A stretch of DNA of 46,053 nucleotides from a plasmid, in sequence record NZ_CP037828.1; one strand, 5' to 3'. Shown here piece after piece: positions 1-7,377 of this stretch. The notes beneath the pieces are model-generated. The model did no database searches. It was not told the origin of the DNA and saw nothing but the letters and a program-made list of their open reading frames with translations. Within the stretch, counting starts at the first letter, position 1. The number at the start of each line of letters is the position of its first letter. Position numbers and translations under genes: made by a program.

Positions 1-63
1 TTGTTAATGCGCTTGATCACAAGCCAAAGGATGAAGAAAAAGAAATAGGCTTTCAAGTTTTAG

Positions 64-648
64 ATGATGAAGATATTCCATTTTAAATTGGATGGTGATT
101 ATATGAGAAGTTTAGAAGAGAAAAATAAATTATTTGAAGATAATATAAATCTTGTACATTTTATTATAAATAGATATTTCAAATCCTTTTTAAGAAGGTA
201 TCCATATTTAAAAGAAGATTTATTTCAAGAAGGATATATAGGATTATATAAAACAACATGTTGCTTTGATGAAAGTAAAGGAAAATTTTCTACAATAGCA
301 TTTTCGTATATATCAGGACATTTGAAAAGATTTACGACTGGATATGTTAAGAAACATTATAGAAATGATATAGATAGTTTTGAAAAGTGTATTTATAGAG
401 ATAATTATGGAGAAGAGATAAGAATAGAAGATAGATTGGCTGGCAATGAAAATGTAGATATAGAAAATGTTCGTGTTATTAGATCTTGTATAAAAAGAAG
501 TGAGATAAAAGATATACAGAAAATAGTTTGTCTAAGAGAAAAAGGTTATACTCAACAAGAAATAAGTAAAGTGCTTGGAACTAGCCAAACGTCAATATAT
601 AGGAGACTTAAAAAATTAAAAACTGAAATTAATATACTAGGTAAATAA
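64..648 (+). CDS. Sigma-70 family RNA polymerase sigma factor (region 2 and region 4 only), likely phage late-gene sigma; the true start may be the ATG at 103
   Basis: Region-2-like 'EDLFQEGYIGLYK' and a C-terminal region-4 HTH 'GYTQQEISKVLGTSQTSIYRRLKKLK'. An upstream gene ends at base 48. Confidence 0.6.
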   Translation: MMKIFHFKLDGDYMRSLEEKNKLFEDNINLVHFIINRYFKSFLRRYPYLKEDLFQEGYIGLYKTTCCFDESKGKFSTIAFSYISGHLKRFTTGYVKKHYRNDIDSFEKCIYRDNYGEEIRIEDRLAGNENVDIENVRVIRSCIKRSEIKDIQKIVCLREKGYTQQEISKVLGTSQTSIYRRLKKLKTEINILGK

Positions 649-676
649 TAAATGATTTAAGTTTATTGGAGGTAAA

Positions 677-835
677 ATGAAAACTAAAATAATTGGTGGT
701 AGGGAAAATGAGTGTCCAATTTGTAATGGTAATATATTTAAGATTGAAACATTAATTGGAATAGTGTGGCAATGTAAGGATTGTGGATGTATGTATCAAG
801 ATATGAGTTCTAAAGAAAGTAAAAGGGGGTATTAA
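677..835 (+). CDS. Small zinc-ribbon protein (52 aa, CPIC...CKDC)
   Basis: GGAGGT RBS 6 nt before the ATG. Two CxxC pairs. Not in the ORF track because it is under 60 aa. Confidence 0.35.
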   Translation: MKTKIIGGRENECPICNGNIFKIETLIGIVWQCKDCGCMYQDMSSKESKRGY

Positions 836-837
836 AG

Positions 838-1164
838 ATGAGTTGTGTTATAAAGTGTGATTTTTGTGGTGAAACAATAGCAGAAATTCTAAACATAAAG
901 GTATTCAGAATTGATGATGAAGGTAATATAATGAGTATCGGAAAAGATGTATGTGACAAATGTTATGACAGATTATTTAGAAGTAACTTGAATAAGAAGA
1001 TGACTAATTATGAAAAGATAAAAAATATGAGCAAAATAGAAATGGCTGAATTTCTTGCAAATGGCGGAAGTGGATGTACTAGTTGTGCTTATGATTTTCA
1101 AGAATGCTTAGGCGGATGTTTAGAAGGTAGAAAAAAATGGCTTGAAAGTGAGGCGATGAAATAA
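838..1164 (+). CDS. Cys-rich zinc-ribbon hypothetical protein
   Basis: N-terminal CDFC...CDKC and C-terminal CTSC...C..GC clusters. Stop overlaps the next start (ATGA). Confidence 0.4.
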   Translation: MSCVIKCDFCGETIAEILNIKVFRIDDEGNIMSIGKDVCDKCYDRLFRSNLNKKMTNYEKIKNMSKIEMAEFLANGGSGCTSCAYDFQECLGGCLEGRKKWLESEAMK

Positions 1165-1700
1165 TGAAAAAGACGTTAATAATCGTAGGAGTAGTTATTT
1201 CAATATTAATTATGTTTGCTTGCTTGTTCTTAGTAACTAAAAATAAAGCAATTGATTTAGAAGAGCAGGTCCAATCAGCAACTGCATCTGTAGAGGTGCA
1301 AGAAAAAAGGAGAATTGATTTAATTAAGAACATAGTAGACTGCGTAAAAGACTATGCTAAATATGAAAATAGAACATTAAAAGAAGTAACTGACATGAGA
1401 GTAAGTGCAAATGATGAATCTATCAAGGAAGCAAAATTAAATATACAAGCAGTAGCAGAGAAGTACCCAGATTTAAAAGCTAATGAAAATTATAAGCAAC
1501 TAATGAGTGAGTTGAGTATAACAGAAAATATGATTGCACAACATAGAGAAAATTATAATATGCAAGTTCGCAATTACAATAAATATATAAGAAAATTTCC
1601 AGCAAATTTAATTCTAAATAGTATGGGATATGAAAAAATAGAATCTAAATATACTGAATATAAAGCAAAAGAGGATGCACCTCAAAATTTATTTGATTAA
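1164..1700 (+). CDS. lemA: LemA family membrane protein
   Basis: N-terminal TM helix followed by the 'LEEQVQSA.ASVEVQEKRRIDLI.NIV..VK.YA.YE..TL..VT..R' LemA signature. Confidence 0.7.
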   Translation: MKKTLIIVGVVISILIMFACLFLVTKNKAIDLEEQVQSATASVEVQEKRRIDLIKNIVDCVKDYAKYENRTLKEVTDMRVSANDESIKEAKLNIQAVAEKYPDLKANENYKQLMSELSITENMIAQHRENYNMQVRNYNKYIRKFPANLILNSMGYEKIESKYTEYKAKEDAPQNLFD

Positions 1701-1711
1701 GAGGTGCACAT

Positions 1712-2518
1712 ATGAAATTTAAAACTTTTGAAATAACTAAGAGAGAATTTTTAGTGAGCATAATAATTGCTTGCATGATGATTGTGCTTGGATTTTTCAT
1801 TGATGATAAAGTTCAATCAAAATTTTTAGAAGATAATGAAAGATATTACAAAGCAACTAAAATAAATAATGACAAAGATCTCTTTGATTATGCTATGGAA
1901 ACAAGTGCGGGAGATTCTTTGATAAGTGGAAGATTTAAAAGTGTAGATTCTGTATCTATAGAAGAATTAAAAGGGGACTATTGGTTTATAGAAAGAACGG
2001 AAGAAAAATACACTATGCATACTAGAGTGGTTACCACTAAAGACAGTAAAGGCCATTCACATAAATATACTGAAACATATTGGACTTGGGATTACCATGA
2101 TTCAATAGAGAAAAAATGTAATAAATTTAATTTCATGGGTAAAGAGTTTGATGCGAAAGTAATTACTAATTTATCTAAAGAGAGATTGGCATTAAAGAAA
2201 GATATATTTAAAAATAATAATCTTAAAATAAAAGGTAATTATGCTTACATTAATAATAAGAGAAGGTACTATTATGAAGTTATACCGAAAGAATTTAATG
2301 GTACTATGTATGCTAATTTAAAAAATAATACTATAGCGAATCCAGCTGATAAAAACATAAAAGTTTTTAAGGGTGAGTCTATACAGAATGTTTTAGAAAA
2401 TAATAATTTTAATACAGGGTTTTTTAAAGTAGTGTTTTGGATCATCTGGATATTAATAACTACAATCATTATATATGTATTTTATTATTTAAAAAATGAT
2501 TGGCTTGAAGATAAATAA
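1712..2518 (+). CDS. Membrane protein with N- and C-terminal TM helices and a roughly 200-aa exposed domain, partner of LemA
   Basis: Hydrophobic segments 'FLVSIIIACMMIVLGFFI' and 'VVFWIIWILITTIIIYVFYYL'. Tightly linked downstream of lemA. Confidence 0.45.
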   Translation: MKFKTFEITKREFLVSIIIACMMIVLGFFIDDKVQSKFLEDNERYYKATKINNDKDLFDYAMETSAGDSLISGRFKSVDSVSIEELKGDYWFIERTEEKYTMHTRVVTTKDSKGHSHKYTETYWTWDYHDSIEKKCNKFNFMGKEFDAKVITNLSKERLALKKDIFKNNNLKIKGNYAYINNKRRYYYEVIPKEFNGTMYANLKNNTIANPADKNIKVFKGESIQNVLENNNFNTGFFKVVFWIIWILITTIIIYVFYYLKNDWLEDK

Positions 2519-2542
2519 AGATGTAAGAGGAGAAGATCAGGT

Positions 2543-2803
2543 ATGAAATGTAAGGTGTACCATGCTATTAAAAATATAAAAGATGCAAATGAGTTAATTG
2601 ATAGATTTGAAACGGAAAATATATTCTTTGAATTAAATAACATAGATAATGAAAATGTCTTAAATGGAGAAATGGATTTAACTGATATAGAAGATATTGC
2701 ATCATTGCAATTTATATTAGATGGAGATTTATTTATATTTAGTAGTTGTGATGAAATGATATTTATGAATAAATACACTCAAAGGGAGTTGGGACTTCAA
2801 TAA
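2543..2803 (+). CDS. Hypothetical protein whose last 12 codons are duplicated downstream of the HNH gene
   Basis: ORF ends 'MNKYTQRELGLQ*'. A near copy 'MNKYTQKELGLQ*' lies at 3438-3476. Confidence 0.4.
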   Translation: MKCKVYHAIKNIKDANELIDRFETENIFFELNNIDNENVLNGEMDLTDIEDIASLQFILDGDLFIFSSCDEMIFMNKYTQRELGLQ

Positions 2804-3445
2804 ATGAATAAGAGAATAGTATGTCAAGATACAAACGAGATTGTCTATAATTATAAAGAATATCAAAAAACTAAACACTGGGAATCATTAAAAAATGAAT
2901 TCTATTTTTCTAATGAATGTAAATGTGTTTTGTGTGATTCAGTAAAGAAAGTGTCTTTGCATCATAAAACATATCGAAGAATAGGAGCGGAAGAATTGGA
3001 TGATTTAATTCCATTATGCAATAGTTGTCACTATAAAGTTCATCGAAATAATAAACAATATCTATTTAATAAGGCAACGGAAAAACAGATAAGATGCATA
3101 AATGATTTATTGGAAGTTTATGTAGATATTGTGGAAGAATTATTTATGAATGAATATATTTATCTTTATGTTGCCATGGGAATAGAATTTTACAATGAAA
3201 ATCTAATGTTATTTGAAGCAAATCATATTATCAATGATCTTAAGTTTGTTTCTGCAATGCTGTATGAGTTTTATGCCACAAAGTTGGAAATAAAACTTCC
3301 AGGATATTTCAATGGATTTGACTACGAAGAAATAAAAGATTCTTTATATAAAAAGATGCAGCGATTAAGTAAATATATTTATGTTCCCAAAAAACAAGAG
3401 ATTGAGTTATTATTTAAAAAAAGAAAAAAGGAGCATTATGAATAA
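2804..3445 (+). CDS. HNH endonuclease, free-standing and homing-type
   Basis: 'C.LCDS...LHHKTY...DLIPLCNSCHYKVH' HNH/zinc motif. Gene is bracketed by 45-bp direct repeats. Confidence 0.7.
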   Translation: MNKRIVCQDTNEIVYNYKEYQKTKHWESLKNEFYFSNECKCVLCDSVKKVSLHHKTYRRIGAEELDDLIPLCNSCHYKVHRNNKQYLFNKATEKQIRCINDLLEVYVDIVEELFMNEYIYLYVAMGIEFYNENLMLFEANHIINDLKFVSAMLYEFYATKLEIKLPGYFNGFDYEEIKDSLYKKMQRLSKYIYVPKKQEIELLFKKRKKEHYE

Positions 3446-3499
3446 ATATACTCAAAAAGAGTTGGGACTTCAATAAATGAATGAGGGGAGATACTAAAG

Positions 3500-3985
3500 A
3501 TGGATTTAAAGTTAATTAGCAGCATACCTAATTGGAAGGTAGAAGATCAGTTGGCAAAAATTGATGAAGAGGTAACTGAGTTTAAAAATGCTATAGATAC
3601 AGGAATAACTAAAGATATAATTGCAGAAGGATTAGATGTTTGTCAAACTATTTTAACAATGTTTCAAGTTTTAGAAATAGAAAACTATATTACTGAAGGA
3701 GTAGAGACACATAATAAGAAACTAAATGGAAGAGGATGGGATCTCAAAGAAATAGGAGACGATATACTTAATTTAATTAAAAATTCAATGATTAATGAAT
3801 TGATTAATATGAACAAGAAATTAAAATGCCTTGATGAAAAAGAATTTAATGCAAAAATACAATTTTTAGATGTAGATAAACTATGGAATTTGTGCATGCC
3901 TTTAGTTAACTTAAGTACTATAAAAGGAGTTAATGAAAGCATTGATGAAATGAAAATGGGAGAGTTTCTAAAAAATATTAATTAA
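3500..3985 (+). CDS. Hypothetical protein
   Basis: ORF preceded by a GGGGAG RBS. No recognisable motif. Confidence 0.35.
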   Translation: MDLKLISSIPNWKVEDQLAKIDEEVTEFKNAIDTGITKDIIAEGLDVCQTILTMFQVLEIENYITEGVETHNKKLNGRGWDLKEIGDDILNLIKNSMINELINMNKKLKCLDEKEFNAKIQFLDVDKLWNLCMPLVNLSTIKGVNESIDEMKMGEFLKNIN

Positions 3986-4004
3986 AGTAAGGAGATAATA
4001 TAAT

Positions 4005-4262
4005 ATGTTGATAGAAGTAACTGAAAATAATAGAGAATTAAAAGTAGGAGATATTGTTGAAATTAATGGTGGTAATAAGTTATATATGATTCTTTCTTTA
4101 AAGGAAACAATAGGTGGGTATGTTATTATAAATATGCAGAATGGATATGGTTCATTTGGTGCTTATAAAAGTTTAAGTCAACTAGAATTAGACTTGAAGG
4201 TAAGAGGTTATAAATTATATAGTTCTGATGATTACAAGTTGCAATTAGTGCCTAGAGAATAA
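4005..4262 (+). CDS. Hypothetical small protein
   Basis: ORF preceded by an AAGGAG RBS. Confidence 0.35.
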   Translation: MLIEVTENNRELKVGDIVEINGGNKLYMILSLKETIGGYVIINMQNGYGSFGAYKSLSQLELDLKVRGYKLYSSDDYKLQLVPRE

Positions 4263-4370
4263 GATATATTTCAAAAAAGAAAAAAAGGAGCATTACTTCA
4301 CACTCCTGCTTGTCAAAATTCTAAAACCGTTATCACAACATCATTATAACATAATTAGGAGTGTGAGGTA

Positions 4371-4814
4371 ATGCAATCTAGCAAAAAAGACAATTTGTTT
4401 AGTAGTGCAGAAGGTAAGTTATATAATTATAAAAAAATAAAAGCGGAAATAGAAAAAATAGACATTGATATGCAGATGATAAAAAACGACTACAGAGGAT
4501 GTAGTGGAGTTGAAATTAAAGAAAAGACAAGCAAGACATATGATATTAAAAGTGTAATTGAAATAGAGACTGAAGAAAAAGAAAAGAAAATTGCCTTAAA
4601 AGAAAAAGAGAAGAGACATAAAGAGTTGATAATAGAAAAAATAGATAATGCAATGAAAATATTAAGTGAAGAAGAAAAAAAGATAGTACAGTATAAATAC
4701 TTTTCAAGTAGCAGGACATCTTGGGAATATGTTGGCAGAATGATTGGTTTTTCAGCGAGTAAGTGTAAGCAAATGAGGTTTGATATTATAGATAAGATAA
4801 AAGGATTGCTATAA
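4371..4814 (+). CDS. ArpU-family / sigma-70 region-4-like late transcriptional regulator
   Basis: About 147 aa, charged, with a C-terminal region-4-like HTH 'SWEYVGRMIGFSASKCKQMRFDIIDKIKGLL'. Lies just upstream of the packaging genes, as ArpU homologues do. Confidence 0.45.
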   Translation: MQSSKKDNLFSSAEGKLYNYKKIKAEIEKIDIDMQMIKNDYRGCSGVEIKEKTSKTYDIKSVIEIETEEKEKKIALKEKEKRHKELIIEKIDNAMKILSEEEKKIVQYKYFSSSRTSWEYVGRMIGFSASKCKQMRFDIIDKIKGLL

Positions 4815-4817
4815 AAA

Positions 4818-4909
4818 TGTCCGATTTGTGACGATTTTAAACCGATTTATGTCTGTTTTGTGTCTAAAAAATGTCCGATTTGTGACCAATTTATGTCTGT
4901 TTTGTGTCT
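4818..4909. repeat. Four direct copies of the 15-bp motif TGTCYGWTTTGTGWC, arranged as two 45-bp tandem units
   Basis: Copies at 4818, 4850, 4873 and 4895, read directly from the sequence. Confidence 0.85.
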
Positions 4910-4932
4910 TTTAATCATGATAAGATTGTATT

Positions 4933-5502
4933 GTGAGAAAAATATATTTAATAAAAATGGCTTGGAATTTACGTTCTAAGTCTTTTTTATTGTCTAGAGA
5001 GGTGTTGAAGATTAAACGTGATATAATAGAAGAAATTTCAAGTGCTGCATATGTACCAGACAATCTAAAGTATTACGACAATGTAATGAGAGAAACTCCT
5101 GGTATGTATGGAAGAGAATGTTCTTTAGATTTTATAAAGAAAAAGCAAGAAAAACTCTTGAAACTAAAAAAGAAGGTTAAGAAAAATTATGATTCTAATA
5201 TTAATAAGATAGACTCATATCTAAAAATTTTAGATGAAAGTATAATTGATGAGTCTGATCACGTTGAGTTGGTTGTATTTAAATTATATTTGCAATTAGA
5301 AAATGTTGTAAAAGTAACTGAAACTGTAAATGACTTAGGATTTAGAATAAAGACCAATACTTATGCAAGAGAAAGAAAATATAGTACAAATGATATAACC
5401 TCTATAATCACAGATCCTTTTGCTAATGTAGTTGAAGACTTAAAAATATTGGTGCAAGATAGGCAAAGAAAAAATTATCATGGTAATAAGGAGTGTTTTT
5501 AA
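4933..5502 (+). CDS. Hypothetical protein
   Basis: ORF only. Translationally coupled to the recombinase gene. Confidence 0.3.
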   Translation: MRKIYLIKMAWNLRSKSFLLSREVLKIKRDIIEEISSAAYVPDNLKYYDNVMRETPGMYGRECSLDFIKKKQEKLLKLKKKVKKNYDSNINKIDSYLKILDESIIDESDHVELVVFKLYLQLENVVKVTETVNDLGFRIKTNTYARERKYSTNDITSIITDPFANVVEDLKILVQDRQRKNYHGNKECF

Positions 5503-5505
5503 TGA

Positions 5506-6150
5506 ATGGAAGCACATAGTGGACAAAAAGTTAATCCAATAAAAGATATAGAGGATGTATTTAGACTCTTGAATTTTCTAGAGGAATGGAACGAAAGAAA
5601 TTACTTATTAGCCCTCTTTGGAATGTGTACTGGACTTAGAATAGGAGATATATTAGCACTTAAAGTTGCAGATGTAACAGATATAAAGTTAGATAAAAAA
5701 GGAAAAAAGATAAGAGTGTCTAAGGACTGGATTAGAGTTATAGAAGAAAAAAGAGACTATGATAGAGAAGTTTTCTTATCTGATGTAATAAAGAGTGCTA
5801 TAGAAAACTATACTCAAGATAAACCAGGAGAAGAATTTTTATTTAAAAGTGGCAAGAGGAAGAAATTTAATAGACCTATCCAAACAAGACAAGCAGGAAG
5901 AATAATAAAAGGAGCAGCAAAAAAGGTAGGAATAAAAGAAAATGTTGCAACACACTCTTTAAGAAAAACATTTGCAAGGCATATTTATGATGAAGAAGAG
6001 AATAAGACTTATGCATTAGAACTTATAAGGAAGATTCTAGGACATAAGACAATAGAAATGACTAGAAGATATATAGGAATAGATAAGGATGAAGAAGTAA
6101 AAGCAATAACTAAATTTACTAATAAGTTAAAGAAAAGAAAAAGAAATTAA
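5506..6150 (+). CDS. Tyrosine recombinase carrying only the catalytic domain (FimB/FimE-size, no N-terminal core-binding domain)
   Basis: Catalytic residues R 'TGLRIGDIL', H-x-x-R 'HSLRKTFARH', H 'LGHKT' and Y 'RRYIG' are all present. Only 214 aa. Confidence 0.7.
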   Translation: MEAHSGQKVNPIKDIEDVFRLLNFLEEWNERNYLLALFGMCTGLRIGDILALKVADVTDIKLDKKGKKIRVSKDWIRVIEEKRDYDREVFLSDVIKSAIENYTQDKPGEEFLFKSGKRKKFNRPIQTRQAGRIIKGAAKKVGIKENVATHSLRKTFARHIYDEEENKTYALELIRKILGHKTIEMTRRYIGIDKDEEVKAITKFTNKLKKRKRN

Positions 6151-6364
6151 AATATCTTGTATTTTATCTAAAATTTAATATGTTACGTTTTTCAACAACA
6201 GGACATTATTAGAATGCAAAGAGCCTTAACAATAGAGTTTACAAGGAATAGAATAGATTTATTAAAATGTCTGAAAATATATATTAAAGGTCATTTATTC
6301 AAGGGATTTATAGGGATGTAGATATTTAAATGTTTATTTAGAAGCTGAGTAAAGAGGTGATTAA

Positions 6365-6823
6365 TTGGATGTGAATGAAGTTGAAATAATCGACAGTAGC
6401 TATGAAAAAGGTAAAGAGTTGACAGAAGATCAGTGCAATATGGTAACTCTATTGATTACAGGTACTACAGTAACAGAAACTGCCAGAATTATTGGAGTAA
6501 ATAGAAAAACAATCTATAATTGGATGAATAAAGAGCATGTTAGGAAAGAAATGGACAGACGGAAACAGGAGCTAACAAACCAAGGGAACTTAATGATATT
6601 AAAGGATTTAGATAGTTATATCAACAATATCAAGGAATTAGCTAGTGACAAGAGCGATAAGAGGGTTATGTTGGCAGCCAATCAGTATCTTATAAATCGT
6701 ATATATGGAACTCCTACAAGTACAGTTATACAAGCAGAGGATAATAGTGTTGGCATGGGTATGGATGCAACAGAGATAGAAGCAGCTATAGCTAAGATAA
6801 GAATAAGAACAAGCAAGAAGTAA
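6365..6823 (+). CDS. Terminase small subunit (HTH type)
   Basis: HTH 'ETARIIGVNRKTIYNWMNK'. Sits immediately upstream of the large terminase. Confidence 0.5.
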   Translation: MDVNEVEIIDSSYEKGKELTEDQCNMVTLLITGTTVTETARIIGVNRKTIYNWMNKEHVRKEMDRRKQELTNQGNLMILKDLDSYINNIKELASDKSDKRVMLAANQYLINRIYGTPTSTVIQAEDNSVGMGMDATEIEAAIAKIRIRTSKK

Positions 6824-7377
6824 TTAGATATGAAATAAATCCTGCAAGAATATGTTTTAATTATGTTTGAAATTAATTAAAGCAAAACATATATTATATA
6901 TATATTTACTTTAATAATTAAATCATATATTGTATTTAACTTTAGTTATAGCTAATTTAATAAAATTTAGTGAGACTTAATAATTAAAGTTTCATACAGT
7001 GAAGTGATGTGGATTATTATAGGATATGTGAACCTATTGGAAATGCTAGGTTCTTTTTAACTATGCCGAAAATACATATTTAAGGAATAGTTGAAAGATA
7101 ATTAATAATTCTAATCAAAAAAATATTTCTTGCAAGAAAATAATTCAAAATACTTTAATATATTTATTTTTTTTATTAATAGGGGGTGTCCTTCTATTTT
7201 GAAAAAATTATTTTTTATGGAAAATGAGTTCTAGAAATTTTCTAGCAAAATTTAAAAACCAGAGATGTATTTCAAAGAGGGTGATTTTATTAGAGAAAAA
7301 TTTACATTGTTTATTTTATTAATTGCATTACTCACTGAGCCTAAAAAAATAGAAGAAGTAAGAGGAAGTAAATACGA

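Noticed and set aside
1079-1333. 84-aa - strand ORF overlapping the 838 ORF and the lemA start
   Set aside because: It is antisense to two supported genes and has no RBS.
5506-6150. Interpreting the tyrosine recombinase as the prophage integrase with an adjacent attP
   Set aside because: It lacks N-terminal DNA-binding domains and sits between late-regulator and terminase genes with no tRNA or att-like junction. The plasmid-type Rep and Par functions argue against integration.
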